NCBI GenBank assembly: GCA_030040525.1
Contig: JASHTN010000219.1
Location: 1 to 27,033, forward strand
Direction of reading: 5' to 3'
Origin: Gammaproteobacteria bacterium
GTDB lineage: Bacteria > Pseudomonadota > Gammaproteobacteria > Steroidobacterales > Steroidobacteraceae
DNA length: 27,033 nucleotides
Below, in pieces: positions 17,657-26,615 of this stretch. Below the pieces are notes generated by a model. That model was not told the DNA's origin, ran no database searches, and worked only from the letters and a program-made list of their open reading frames with translations. Made by a program: the position numbers and the translations under genes. Within the stretch, counting starts at the first letter, position 1. Each line of letters begins with the position of its first letter.

Positions 17657-17720
17657 GGTAAATAGGCGAGCGCGACGCCAAGGCGGAGGCGCCGCCGGCA
17701 AGTCTCGAGGGGGGTCCGGC

Positions 17721-18254
<534 letters not shown>

Positions 18255-18257
18255 AGC

Positions 18258-18680
18258 TCAGAGCTTGAAGGTCGAGAGCAGGAGACTCGTCTCGGTCTGG
18301 GAGATGCCCTCGATGAGGCGGATGCGCGCGAGCACCCGGTCGAACTCCTCCAGGCTGTCGGCGCGCAGCTCCGCCACGATGTCCCAGCGCCCGTTGGTGC
18401 TGTGGAGCGCGGCGACCGCGGGGTCGCCGCGCATTGCCCGGATCACCGCGTCCACCTGGTTGCCCTCGACGGCGACGGTCATGAAGGCGCGCATGCGCTG
18501 CTCTTCGATGTCGGGCTTGAGCCGCACCGTATAGCCGACGATCGTGCCGTTGGCGGCAAGGCGCGCCATGCGGTTCTGGACGGTACCGCGCGCGACCCCG
18601 AGCGCCTTGGCGAGCGAGGCGACGGAAGCCCGCGCGTCGCCGCGCAGGAGGCCGATGAGGGCGCGATCGGTGTCGTCCAT
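18258..18680 (-). CDS. Lrp/AsnC-family transcriptional regulator
   Basis: MDDTDRALIGLLRGDARASVASLAKALGVARGTVQNRMARL HTH; RAM domain with NGRWDIVAEL and TETSLLLS. Confidence 0.93.
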   Translation of the reverse strand: MDDTDRALIGLLRGDARASVASLAKALGVARGTVQNRMARLAANGTIVGYTVRLKPDIEEQRMRAFMTVAVEGNQVDAVIRAMRGDPAVAALHSTNGRWDIVAELRADSLEEFDRVLARIRLIEGISQTETSLLLSTFKL

Positions 18681-18699
18681 GTCGCAAACTATACCTAAA

Positions 18700-18721
18700 A
18701 ACGTCAGATGATACTGACGTT
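18700..18721. promoter_or_regulatory. Perfect 8-6-8 inverted repeat, candidate operator
   Basis: AACGTCAG-ATGATA-CTGACGTT in the AT-rich divergent lrp/ocd promoter. Confidence 0.55.
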
Positions 18722-18842
18722 GTGATCAATAACGGCATTATTTTGACCATGTTTCTAGCTATATTTTGGTCCGGCTCCGGACGACCATGGCAGCGCGGGC
18801 TGGTGCGCGGCAGCGGTCGCAGGGTCCCTGAGGAGTTCAGCC

Positions 18843-19913
18843 ATGGTCGATTTCATCGGTATCGAGCGGGTGCGCCAGCTCGTCGAGAGGCGCGGCGCCG
18901 CGCGCTTCATCGAGGAGCTCGCGGGCGAGATCGAGGCGGATTTCCTGCGCTGGAGCTCGTTCGAGAAAACCCCGCGCCACGCGACGCATTCCCCCGTCGG
19001 CGTGATCGAGCTCATGCCGGCGTGCGACGGGCGGCTGTACGCCTTCAAGTACGTGAACGGCCATCCGCAGAACACCTCGGTGGGGCTGCTCACCGTGACC
19101 GCCTTCGGTGTGCTGTCGGATGTGCAGACGGGCTATCCGCTGCTGCTGTCGGAGCTGACCCTCACCACGGCGTTGCGCACTGCGGCCACCTCGGCGCTCG
19201 CGGCGCGGCGCATGGCGCGCCCCGGCAGCCGCGTCATGGCGCTGATCGGCAACGGTGCGCAGAGCGAGTTTCAGAGCATCGCGTTTCACCACATGCTCGG
19301 CATCCGCCAGCTGCGGCTGTACGACACGGACGCGGGAGCCACCGCGAAGCTGCGGCGCAACCTCGCGCGGCTGCGCCTGCCCGGTCTCGAGGTCGTCGAC
19401 TGTGAGTCGGTCGCGGCGGCGGTCGCCGGCGCGGACATCGTCACGAGCGCGACCGCAGACAAGCGCAATGCCGTCATCCTGACGCCGTCGATGATCGTCC
19501 CCGGGATGCACCTCAACGCGGTCGGCGGGGACTGCCCGGGCAAGACCGAGCTGCACCCGGACATCCTGCGGCGTGCGGATGCGCGGGTGGTCGTGGAGTT
19601 CGAGCCGCAGTCGCGCATCGAGGGCGAGATTCAGCAGCTCGAGCCGGACTTTCCGGTGACCGAGCTCGTCGAGGTGCTCGCCGGGCGCGCCTTGGGGCGC
19701 CGCAGTGACCGCGACGTCACCATCTTCGACTCGGTAGGCTTCGCGCTCGAGGATTTCTCGGCGCTGCGCTATCTGCAGCGCATTCACCAGGAGGAGCGCG
19801 GCGCCGGGCAGGAGGTGGACCTGGTGCCCGATCTCGACGACCCGAGGGACCTGTTCGGGCTGCTGCTGCCGCAGCCGCAGAGCGCGCCCCGGCGCGGTGG
19901 CGTCGCGGCATGA
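18843..19913 (+). CDS. ocd: Ornithine cyclodeaminase
   Basis: GVIELMP, FKYVNGHPQNT, TALRTAATSA, IGNGAQSEFQ, GGDCPGKTEL, FDSVGFALED; RBS GAGGAG. Confidence 0.95.
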   Translation: MVDFIGIERVRQLVERRGAARFIEELAGEIEADFLRWSSFEKTPRHATHSPVGVIELMPACDGRLYAFKYVNGHPQNTSVGLLTVTAFGVLSDVQTGYPLLLSELTLTTALRTAATSALAARRMARPGSRVMALIGNGAQSEFQSIAFHHMLGIRQLRLYDTDAGATAKLRRNLARLRLPGLEVVDCESVAAAVAGADIVTSATADKRNAVILTPSMIVPGMHLNAVGGDCPGKTELHPDILRRADARVVVEFEPQSRIEGEIQQLEPDFPVTELVEVLAGRALGRRSDRDVTIFDSVGFALEDFSALRYLQRIHQEERGAGQEVDLVPDLDDPRDLFGLLLPQPQSAPRRGGVAA

Positions 19914-20899
19914 GCGGGCGGCACGGCGCCACCCTGATCGGCGCCCCGACCGACATCGGCGCTGCGGACCGCGGCGCGTCCATGGGGCCGGAAGCGCTGC
20001 GCGTCGCGGGAATTGCGGCGGCGCTGCGCGGGCGCGAGCTCGAGGTCCTCGACGTCGGCAATCTCAACGGCCCCGGTAATCCCTGGCAGCCGCCGCACAA
20101 CGGCTACCGGCATCTGCCGGAAGTCGTGCGCTGGAACGAGCTGGTGCACGCGGCGGTCTACGGCGAGCTGCGGCAGGGGCGCCTGCCGGTGCTCCTCGGC
20201 GGCGATCACTGTCTGAGCATCGGCTCGATCAGCGCGGTGGCGCGCCACTGCCGCGAGCAGGGCAGGAAGCTGCGGGTGCTGTGGCTGGACGCGCACGCCG
20301 ATTTCAACACCAGCGCGCTCTCCCCGAGCGGCAACCTGCACGGCATGCCGCTCGCCTGTCTGTGCGGCTTCGGGCCCGCGGCGCTGACGCAGCTCGGCGG
20401 TGCAGCGCCGGCCCTCGAGCCTGCCTGGGTGCGCCAGATCGGCGTGCGCAGCGTCGATGCCGGCGAGCGGCGCTTCCTGCACGAGCAGGAGCTGGATGTC
20501 TTCGACATGCGCTACGTCGACGAGATGGGCATGCGCGCCACGATGGAGCAGGCGCTCGCCGGGCTCGACAGCGACACTCACCTGCATGTGAGCTTCGACA
20601 TCGATTTCCTCGACCCGGAGATCGCTCCGGGCGTCGGCACGCGGGTGCGCGGCGGTCCAACCTACCGCGAGGCGCAGCTGTGCATGGAGATGATCGCCGA
20701 CGCCCACCGCCTGGCGTCGCTCGATGTGGTCGAGCTCAACCCCGCGTTCGATGAGCACAACCAGACGGCAGCTCTCGCGGTGGATCTGCTCGAATCGCTG
20801 TTCGGCAAGAGCACACTGGTGCGTCGGCCCGTCTGGCGCACGGCGCGCACCGCGCGCACCCAGACGCCGCGGGCCGGCAGGCCGGTCACGGCACCCTAG
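19910..20899 (+). CDS. rocF: Arginase
   Basis: GPEALR, GGDH, WLDAHADFN, HGMP, SFDIDFLDP, GGPTYRE, VELNP; ATGA overlap with ocd. Confidence 0.95.
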   Translation: MSGRHGATLIGAPTDIGAADRGASMGPEALRVAGIAAALRGRELEVLDVGNLNGPGNPWQPPHNGYRHLPEVVRWNELVHAAVYGELRQGRLPVLLGGDHCLSIGSISAVARHCREQGRKLRVLWLDAHADFNTSALSPSGNLHGMPLACLCGFGPAALTQLGGAAPALEPAWVRQIGVRSVDAGERRFLHEQELDVFDMRYVDEMGMRATMEQALAGLDSDTHLHVSFDIDFLDPEIAPGVGTRVRGGPTYREAQLCMEMIADAHRLASLDVVELNPAFDEHNQTAALAVDLLESLFGKSTLVRRPVWRTARTARTQTPRAGRPVTAP

Positions 20900-21035
20900 G
20901 CGCCGCGCCGCGCGGCTCGCCGATGGCGCTCGCCGCGCCACGCGTGCACACTGCGTGCTCGAGGACACCTGAAGCCGGCGAGCGCCGGCCGCAACAACAA
21001 GCACCCGCACAGCCGGGCAGAAAGGTGGGCGAGCC

Positions 21036-21254
21036 ATGGCCGAGAGCGTCTACAAAGTGGTGGAACTGGTCGGGACCAGCAGCGAGTCCTGGGAAAAGGC
21101 GGCCGCGGCGGCGGTCAGCCAGGCCGCCAGGAGTCTGCGGGACCTGCGCATCGTCGAGGTGAAGCAGCTCGACATGACCATACAGAACGGCAAGGTTCAT
21201 ACCTACCGCGCCAAGGTCAATCTGTCCTTCAAGTTCGAGAGCAAGCGCAAGTAG
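21036..21254 (+). CDS. Dodecin-family flavin-binding protein
   Basis: SVYKVVELVGTSSESWEKAAAAAV…YRAKVNLSFK, 72 aa. Confidence 0.93.
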   Translation: MAESVYKVVELVGTSSESWEKAAAAAVSQAARSLRDLRIVEVKQLDMTIQNGKVHTYRAKVNLSFKFESKRK

Positions 21255-21298
21255 GACGCGGGTTGCAGCGCGCCGGCTGAAAGCGCCGGTGGTCGCGC

Positions 21299-22000
21299 CT
21301 ACGCTGCTGCGGGCGCGCCCGCCCGCCGCAGCGCCGCGCGCGCCAGCAGACGCGTGGAATCGAGCGTCGGCAGCGGCGAGTTGGCGTCGTTCATGATGAG
21401 AGGGATCTCGGTGCAGCCGAGCACCACCGCATCGCAGCCGGCGTCGCGCAGCCGCGCGAGGACCTGCTGAAAGTATGCGACCGCCTCCGGCCTGAAGACC
21501 CCGCACACCAGCTCCTCGAAGATGATGCGGTTGATCTCGGCGCGCTCCGCGGCGCTCGGCCGCAGGCAGGCGAGTCCGTGCGCCGCGAGCTTCTCGGGAT
21601 AGACCTCGCCGTCGACCAGGTAGCGTGTACCGGTGATGCCGAGGGTGCGGAAGCCGCGCTCGACGGCGTGCGCTGCGACCACCTCGGCGATGTGCAGCCA
21701 GGGAAGCGGCGAGCGCGGCAGCACCCAGGGCATGGCCTGATGGATGGTGTTGTCCGGGCAGATGAGAAAGTCAGCCCCGAGGCGCGCGAGCTTAGCCGCC
21801 GAGTCGAGCATCAGCTCGGCCACTCCCGGCCAGTTGCCGGCCTCGATGCAGCGCATGTAATCGGCGAGCGGGTGGTTGTGCAGGGAGACCTCGGGGTGCA
21901 CGTAGCGGCCGTGCGGCTGCGCGCCCTCGAGACAGACGGTGAGATAGCAGAGGGAGGCGCCCTCCGCGGAGCAGGCCACGATGCCGATGTGCCGGGACAT
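21299..22000 (-). CDS. Aspartate/glutamate racemase-family protein
   Basis: GADFLICPDNTIH, LGITGTRY, AVVLGCTEIP, DSTRLLA; 233 aa. Confidence 0.9.
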   Translation of the reverse strand: MSRHIGIVACSAEGASLCYLTVCLEGAQPHGRYVHPEVSLHNHPLADYMRCIEAGNWPGVAELMLDSAAKLARLGADFLICPDNTIHQAMPWVLPRSPLPWLHIAEVVAAHAVERGFRTLGITGTRYLVDGEVYPEKLAAHGLACLRPSAAERAEINRIIFEELVCGVFRPEAVAYFQQVLARLRDAGCDAVVLGCTEIPLIMNDANSPLPTLDSTRLLARAALRRAGAPAAA

Positions 22001-22048
22001 GCGGCCATCTTAACGGTTTCAGGTATCGTAGCCGCGGGGGGCAACTCG

Positions 22049-24214
22049 ATGAAGCGCAGAGGCTTGAGGGCCAGGCCGCGGGCGATCGCCGCCCTGACGG
22101 GCGCTGTGGCTCTGCTGGGGGTGATCGTGCTCGGCGCCGCGGGCCCTTTTGAGTATCCGCCGGCCGCACGCGGCCCGGCGGTGGATGACTACCACGGCAT
22201 CAGGGTCGCCGATCCCTACCGCGGGCTCGAGGACCTGGACTCGCCGCAGACGCGCGCCTGGGTCGAGGCCGAAGCGCAGCTGACCGAGCGCTACCTCGCC
22301 TCGCTGGCGCAGCGCGAGCGGCTGCGCAACCGCATCGCTGCGCTCTACGACTACGAGAGATTCGGCATTCCCTTCCGCGAGGGCGGCCGGTATTTCTATA
22401 CCGCGAACACCGGTCACGAGGATCAGAGCGTGCTTTACACCCTGCGCACGCTCGGGGAGCGCGCCGCGGTGGCGCTCGATCCAAACACCCTGGCGCCTGC
22501 CGGCATCGTCACCGGCTATGTGCCGAGCCGCGACGGCCGACTGCTGGCGTACGGAGTGTCGGTGGGCGGCTCGGACTGGACCGAATGGCGCATCCGCGAT
22601 CTCGCGACGCGTACCGACCTTCCCGACGTGCTGCGCTTCACCAAGTACTACCCGCCGCTGTTCACTCACGACGGCCGCGGGCTGTACTACAGCGCCTTTC
22701 CGGCGCCGCGCGCGGGCGCCGAGCTCAGCACTCCGGACGTGGATGATGCAATCTGGTACCACGCACTCGGCACACCGGCGGCGGCCGATCGGCGCGTGCT
22801 CTACGAGAGTGCGCATCGCGACTGGCAGTACGCGCCCCATCTGACAACCGACGGCCGCTGGCTGGTCGTCACGGCCGGCGAGGGCGAGGTCGGCGATAAG
22901 GGCCGGGAGGACATCTACCTGGTCGATCTGCACGCCCCGACACCACAGGCGCTGGGGGTCGCACGCGGCTTCGAGGCGGCCTTCGACTATGTGGGGGCGG
23001 ACGCCGGGCGGCTGTACTTCCTGACGACGCTCGATGCCCCCAACGGCCGCGTGATCGCCATCGATCCGGAGAATCCCGCGCGCAGCAACTGGCGCAGCGT
23101 GATCGCCGAGGGCGCGGATGCGATCGACCTCACCGGCCGGAGCGTGACGCTCGTCGGTCACCAGCTGATCGTGCGCAGCCTCCACAGCGCGCACAGCCTG
23201 ATCGCCGTCTTCGACCTCGACGGCCGGCCGCTGCGCGAGATCGCGCTGCCGGGTCCGGGCACCGCGGCCGGCTTCGACGGTGAGCCCGACGACCGCGAGA
23301 CGTTCTATTCATTCACCGATCTCATCACCCCGCCGACCATCTACCGCTATGACCTTGAGACCGGGCGCAGCACGCTGTGGCGCGCTCCGTGGGTCGCGTT
23401 CAGGCCGGCGCAGTTCGAGGAGCAGCAGGTGTTCTATCCGTCCAAGGACGGTACGCGCATCCCGATGCTGCTCGCCTACCGCAAGGGGCTGAAGCTCGAC
23501 GGCAGCAATCCGACGCTCCTCTACGGCTATGGCGGCTTCGGCATCCCGAATCTGCCGACGTTCAACCCGGCGCGCATCGCGTGGCTGGAGATGGGCGGAG
23601 TATTCGCCAACGCCAACATCCGCGGTGGCGGCGAGTTCGGCGAAGCCTGGCATCGCCAGGCGATCCGCACCCACAAGCAGCTCGTGTTCGATGATTTCAT
23701 CGCCGCGGCCGAGTGGCTGATCGCCAAGCACTACACCTCGAGCACCAAGCTCGCGATCTACGGCCGATCGAACGGCGGACTGCTGGTGGGCGCGTGCCTG
23801 ACGCAGCGGCCGGATCTGTACGCCGCGGCGGTGCCGCAGGTGGGGGTGCTCGACATGCTGCGCTTCGACAAGTTCGGACAGGGCGCAGGCTGGGAAGGCG
23901 ACTACGGATCCCCGGACGATCCGGCCGACTTCAGGGCGCTCTACGCCTACTCGCCGCTGCACAACGTTCACCCGGGCACGCGCTACCCGGCGACACTCAT
24001 CATCACGGGCGATCACGACACGCGCGTCATGCCGATGCACTCCTTCAAATTCACCGCGGCGCTGCAGGCGGCGCAGGCGGGACCCGCGCCGCTGCTGCTC
24101 GAGGTCGAGCGCGACTCAGGCCACGGCGGAGCCGAGACGGTCACTCACGCCATCGCGCTGAATGCCGACATCTACTCCTTTCTGTCCCAGAACCTGAACA
24201 TGAAGGTGGAGTAG
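22049..24214 (+). CDS. Prolyl oligopeptidase (S9A) with N-terminal export signal
   Basis: DPYRGLED, SKDGTRIPM, YGYGGF, NIRGGGEFG, GRSNGG (Ser), VGVLDMLRF, GDHDTRV (Asp), SGHG (His); ATG 22049 preferred over 21578. Confidence 0.95.
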   Translation: MKRRGLRARPRAIAALTGAVALLGVIVLGAAGPFEYPPAARGPAVDDYHGIRVADPYRGLEDLDSPQTRAWVEAEAQLTERYLASLAQRERLRNRIAALYDYERFGIPFREGGRYFYTANTGHEDQSVLYTLRTLGERAAVALDPNTLAPAGIVTGYVPSRDGRLLAYGVSVGGSDWTEWRIRDLATRTDLPDVLRFTKYYPPLFTHDGRGLYYSAFPAPRAGAELSTPDVDDAIWYHALGTPAAADRRVLYESAHRDWQYAPHLTTDGRWLVVTAGEGEVGDKGREDIYLVDLHAPTPQALGVARGFEAAFDYVGADAGRLYFLTTLDAPNGRVIAIDPENPARSNWRSVIAEGADAIDLTGRSVTLVGHQLIVRSLHSAHSLIAVFDLDGRPLREIALPGPGTAAGFDGEPDDRETFYSFTDLITPPTIYRYDLETGRSTLWRAPWVAFRPAQFEEQQVFYPSKDGTRIPMLLAYRKGLKLDGSNPTLLYGYGGFGIPNLPTFNPARIAWLEMGGVFANANIRGGGEFGEAWHRQAIRTHKQLVFDDFIAAAEWLIAKHYTSSTKLAIYGRSNGGLLVGACLTQRPDLYAAAVPQVGVLDMLRFDKFGQGAGWEGDYGSPDDPADFRALYAYSPLHNVHPGTRYPATLIITGDHDTRVMPMHSFKFTAALQAAQAGPAPLLLEVERDSGHGGAETVTHAIALNADIYSFLSQNLNMKVE

Positions 24215-24247
24215 CGGTGCCGCACGGGGCCGTGCCGGCGCTGCCTG

Positions 24248-25597
24248 TCAGCTGCCGCCGACATGCGCCGCCCCCGGATGCCCGAGGTGCAGGTGCTGCC
24301 TGAGGATGCGCGGATCTGCGACCGACATCGAAACCCGCTCGCCCGCATTCTGGCTCTGCGCGGCGGCTGCCGCCGCCGCCGTCGAGGCCGCCGTGCCGGG
24401 CGCCGGGATCGCGATGAAAGTATGGAACTCGGTGCACCCCGAGGCGATGACGCAGGCCTGCCCCGTGATGTCGCCGTGGTCGTTGATGTCGCCCGTTGAC
24501 AGCATGTACAGAGCCGAGTTGGCGGGCACGAGCTCGTTCAGGTCGTAGATCTGGCCGTCCTGCCAGAGAAACGCCCGTGAGGCGCCGCTCGCGGCAAACG
24601 AGGTGCCGGCGATCTGGCCGCGATCGTTGATGCCGGTGGCCTCGGCGAGCGCATCGCCGGGCAGCGTGTGCAGGTTCACGATGCCGCCGCCTGAGGGCCA
24701 CAGCGCAGCCTGGAAGTTCGCGCTCAGGACGCCCCCGGCGACATCGCCGGGCGTATCGGAGAATCCGGCCGCGCTCCCCTGGCTATTGATCGCCATGGGC
24801 GTGTTCCAGCCCGCACCGCCGAGCGTCGGCAGCTTCACCGGGTGGCCGTTCAGCCACAGCAGCGCGTGCCGCGCACTGAAGGCCCCCACGGCGTCGCCGC
24901 AGTCGCCCGAGATCCCGACCACCTGTCCGGAGTCGTTGATCGCGGTCGCGGCGGACGTGGAATCACCGGGCCAGGGCGGCAGCACCTGCTTCTGCCCCGT
25001 CGCCGGTCCCCACTCGACCGCAAGGAACTGCAGCACCTGCGGCGCGATGCAGGTCGGGTCGTGAGATGTGGTCTCCGCCCAGCCGACCGCGACACCCGCG
25101 TTGTTCACCTCGGTCGCAAAGCCGTTGTTGCCGCCGAGCAGCGGCAGCTGCACCATGCCGGTGGTCTGCTGCCAGATGAACGGCAGGCAGGTCGTGCCGG
25201 TCCCGGGGATGAAGTCGGCGCACGAGAAGACTTCGCCGTTCGGGTCGGCAGTGGCGCTCTCGGCGATGCCGACGACGATGCCGTGATTGTTCTTCACCGG
25301 CCACTCGACCGCGCTGTTGACCCCGCCGAGCGTGCCCAGGTCGAGCACGTTGCCCGGGATGTAGAGCCCGGCGTGCAGCGCGCCGCTGGTCGTGAGAATG
25401 GCGCCGCTGATCCAGCCGCTGTTGGTGATGCCGCTGCCGAAGGCGAAGCTGCCGCCGGCGGGCCCCGTGTCGAACACGAGGTAGGCCGGTGGCGCCGGCG
25501 CGTCGTCGGCTGCGTAGGCCGCCCCAGCCGCGAGCAGCCCCGCGGCGCATGCCGCCGTGGCCGTGCGCAAATGGTTGATGCACGCATTATGTTTCAT
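24248..25597 (-). CDS. Secreted HAF-family extracellular-repeat protein
   Basis: ATG 25597 with GGAGG RBS; signal peptide ending AAYA-AD; repeats DLGTLGG…NSAVE, LLGGNNGFATEVNNAGVAVG, ATAINDSGQVVG, ATGINDRGQIAG, YDLNELVP. Confidence 0.85.
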   Translation of the reverse strand: MKHNACINHLRTATAACAAGLLAAGAAYAADDAPAPPAYLVFDTGPAGGSFAFGSGITNSGWISGAILTTSGALHAGLYIPGNVLDLGTLGGVNSAVEWPVKNNHGIVVGIAESATADPNGEVFSCADFIPGTGTTCLPFIWQQTTGMVQLPLLGGNNGFATEVNNAGVAVGWAETTSHDPTCIAPQVLQFLAVEWGPATGQKQVLPPWPGDSTSAATAINDSGQVVGISGDCGDAVGAFSARHALLWLNGHPVKLPTLGGAGWNTPMAINSQGSAAGFSDTPGDVAGGVLSANFQAALWPSGGGIVNLHTLPGDALAEATGINDRGQIAGTSFAASGASRAFLWQDGQIYDLNELVPANSALYMLSTGDINDHGDITGQACVIASGCTEFHTFIAIPAPGTAASTAAAAAAAQSQNAGERVSMSVADPRILRQHLHLGHPGAAHVGGS

Positions 25598-25685
25598 AGG
25601 TCCTCCGCGGAAATCCCTGGCGCGGCGGACTATAGGACGGAGGGTGAGAAGGACCTGGACGTTTTCGGACGTCGAAACGCAGCGC

Positions 25686-26609
25686 TCAGCCGCGGCGCTG
25701 CCACGCCACGATCTCCCCGACGATACCGCGGCGGAACGACAGTACGCAGGCGACGAAGATGACACCGATGATGGCCGTCACCCAGCCGCCCACCAGATCG
25801 GAGAGATACTCCTGCAGCGTCACCACGATGGCCGCTCCGACCACCGGGCCGAAGAAGGTGCCGGTGCCGCCGAGCAGCGTCATGAGGATCACCTCGCCGG
25901 AAGTGGACTGCTGCACGTCGCTCAGCGTGGCGAAGCCGAGCACCAGCGCGTTGAGCGAGCCCGCGAGGCCGGCAAACGCCGCCGACAGCACGAAGGCGAG
26001 CAGCTTGTAGCGGTTGATGTCGTAGCCGAGGGAGATCGCGCGCGGCTCGTTCTCGCGGATCGCCTTCAGCACCTGGCCGAACGGCGAATGCACCACGCGC
26101 CGGATCAGCAGGAACACCGCGACGAACACCGCGAGCACCAGGAAGTAGAGCACCCGGTCGGAGCGCAGCGAGAGCAGGCCGAGGAGCGTGCCGCGCGGCA
26201 CGCCCTGCAGGCCGTTCTCGCCGCCGGTGAACGGGGCTTCGAGGCAGACGAAATACACCAGCTGCCCGAGAGCGAGCGTGATCATGGCGAAGTAGATGCC
26301 GTGGCGGCGGATCGCAAGCCCGCCGATCGCAAAGCCCAGCGCGGCGGCGATCACCAGGCCCGCGATGAGCGCCGGCACCGAGCCCCAGCCGTGCGCGGTG
26401 ATCAGCCAACAGGTCGCATAGGCCGCGAAGCCGAAGAACGCCGCATGGCCGAAGGACAGCATGCGGCCGAAGCCGAGCAGCAGGTTGTAGGCGCAGGCGA
26501 ACATCGCAAAGCACAGCAGCCTCATCATGAATACCGGGTAGACCCCGATCCATGGCACGCACAGCGCGAACAACGCCGCGAGCGCATACAGCACCGCGGT
26601 CGGGCGCAT
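25686..26609 (-). CDS. livM: Branched-chain amino acid ABC transporter permease (LivM-like)
   Basis: NLLLGFGRMLSFGHAAFFG, YFAMITLA, GGENGL, SPFGQVLKAIRENE, LLGGTGTFFGPVVGA. Confidence 0.9.
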   Translation of the reverse strand: MRPTAVLYALAALFALCVPWIGVYPVFMMRLLCFAMFACAYNLLLGFGRMLSFGHAAFFGFAAYATCWLITAHGWGSVPALIAGLVIAAALGFAIGGLAIRRHGIYFAMITLALGQLVYFVCLEAPFTGGENGLQGVPRGTLLGLLSLRSDRVLYFLVLAVFVAVFLLIRRVVHSPFGQVLKAIRENEPRAISLGYDINRYKLLAFVLSAAFAGLAGSLNALVLGFATLSDVQQSTSGEVILMTLLGGTGTFFGPVVGAAIVVTLQEYLSDLVGGWVTAIIGVIFVACVLSFRRGIVGEIVAWQRRG

Positions 26610-26615
26610 CGCTCG

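Noticed and set aside
20820-20899. Basic low-complexity C-terminal extension of arginase as a frameshift or pseudogene sign
   Set aside because: All catalytic motifs are intact upstream, and variable tails are common.
21003-21035. Resemblance of GCACAG…GAAAGGTGGG to a c-di-GMP-I riboswitch, or an FMN riboswitch before dodecin
   Set aside because: It lacks GGCAAACC and the second stem, and runs directly into the start codon. No FMN-riboswitch core is visible. An Rfam scan would settle it.
21578-22048. Extended N-termini in the ORF track (POP from 21578, HAF from 25765, flavin reductase from 17514, 12027, 10536, 14013)
   Set aside because: They overlap other genes or promoters; downstream starts have an RBS and/or signal peptide and give normal family lengths.
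22049-24214. POP as a RiPP macrocyclase
   Set aside because: No precursor-peptide ORF or modification genes are nearby; it has an ordinary S9A layout with an export signal.
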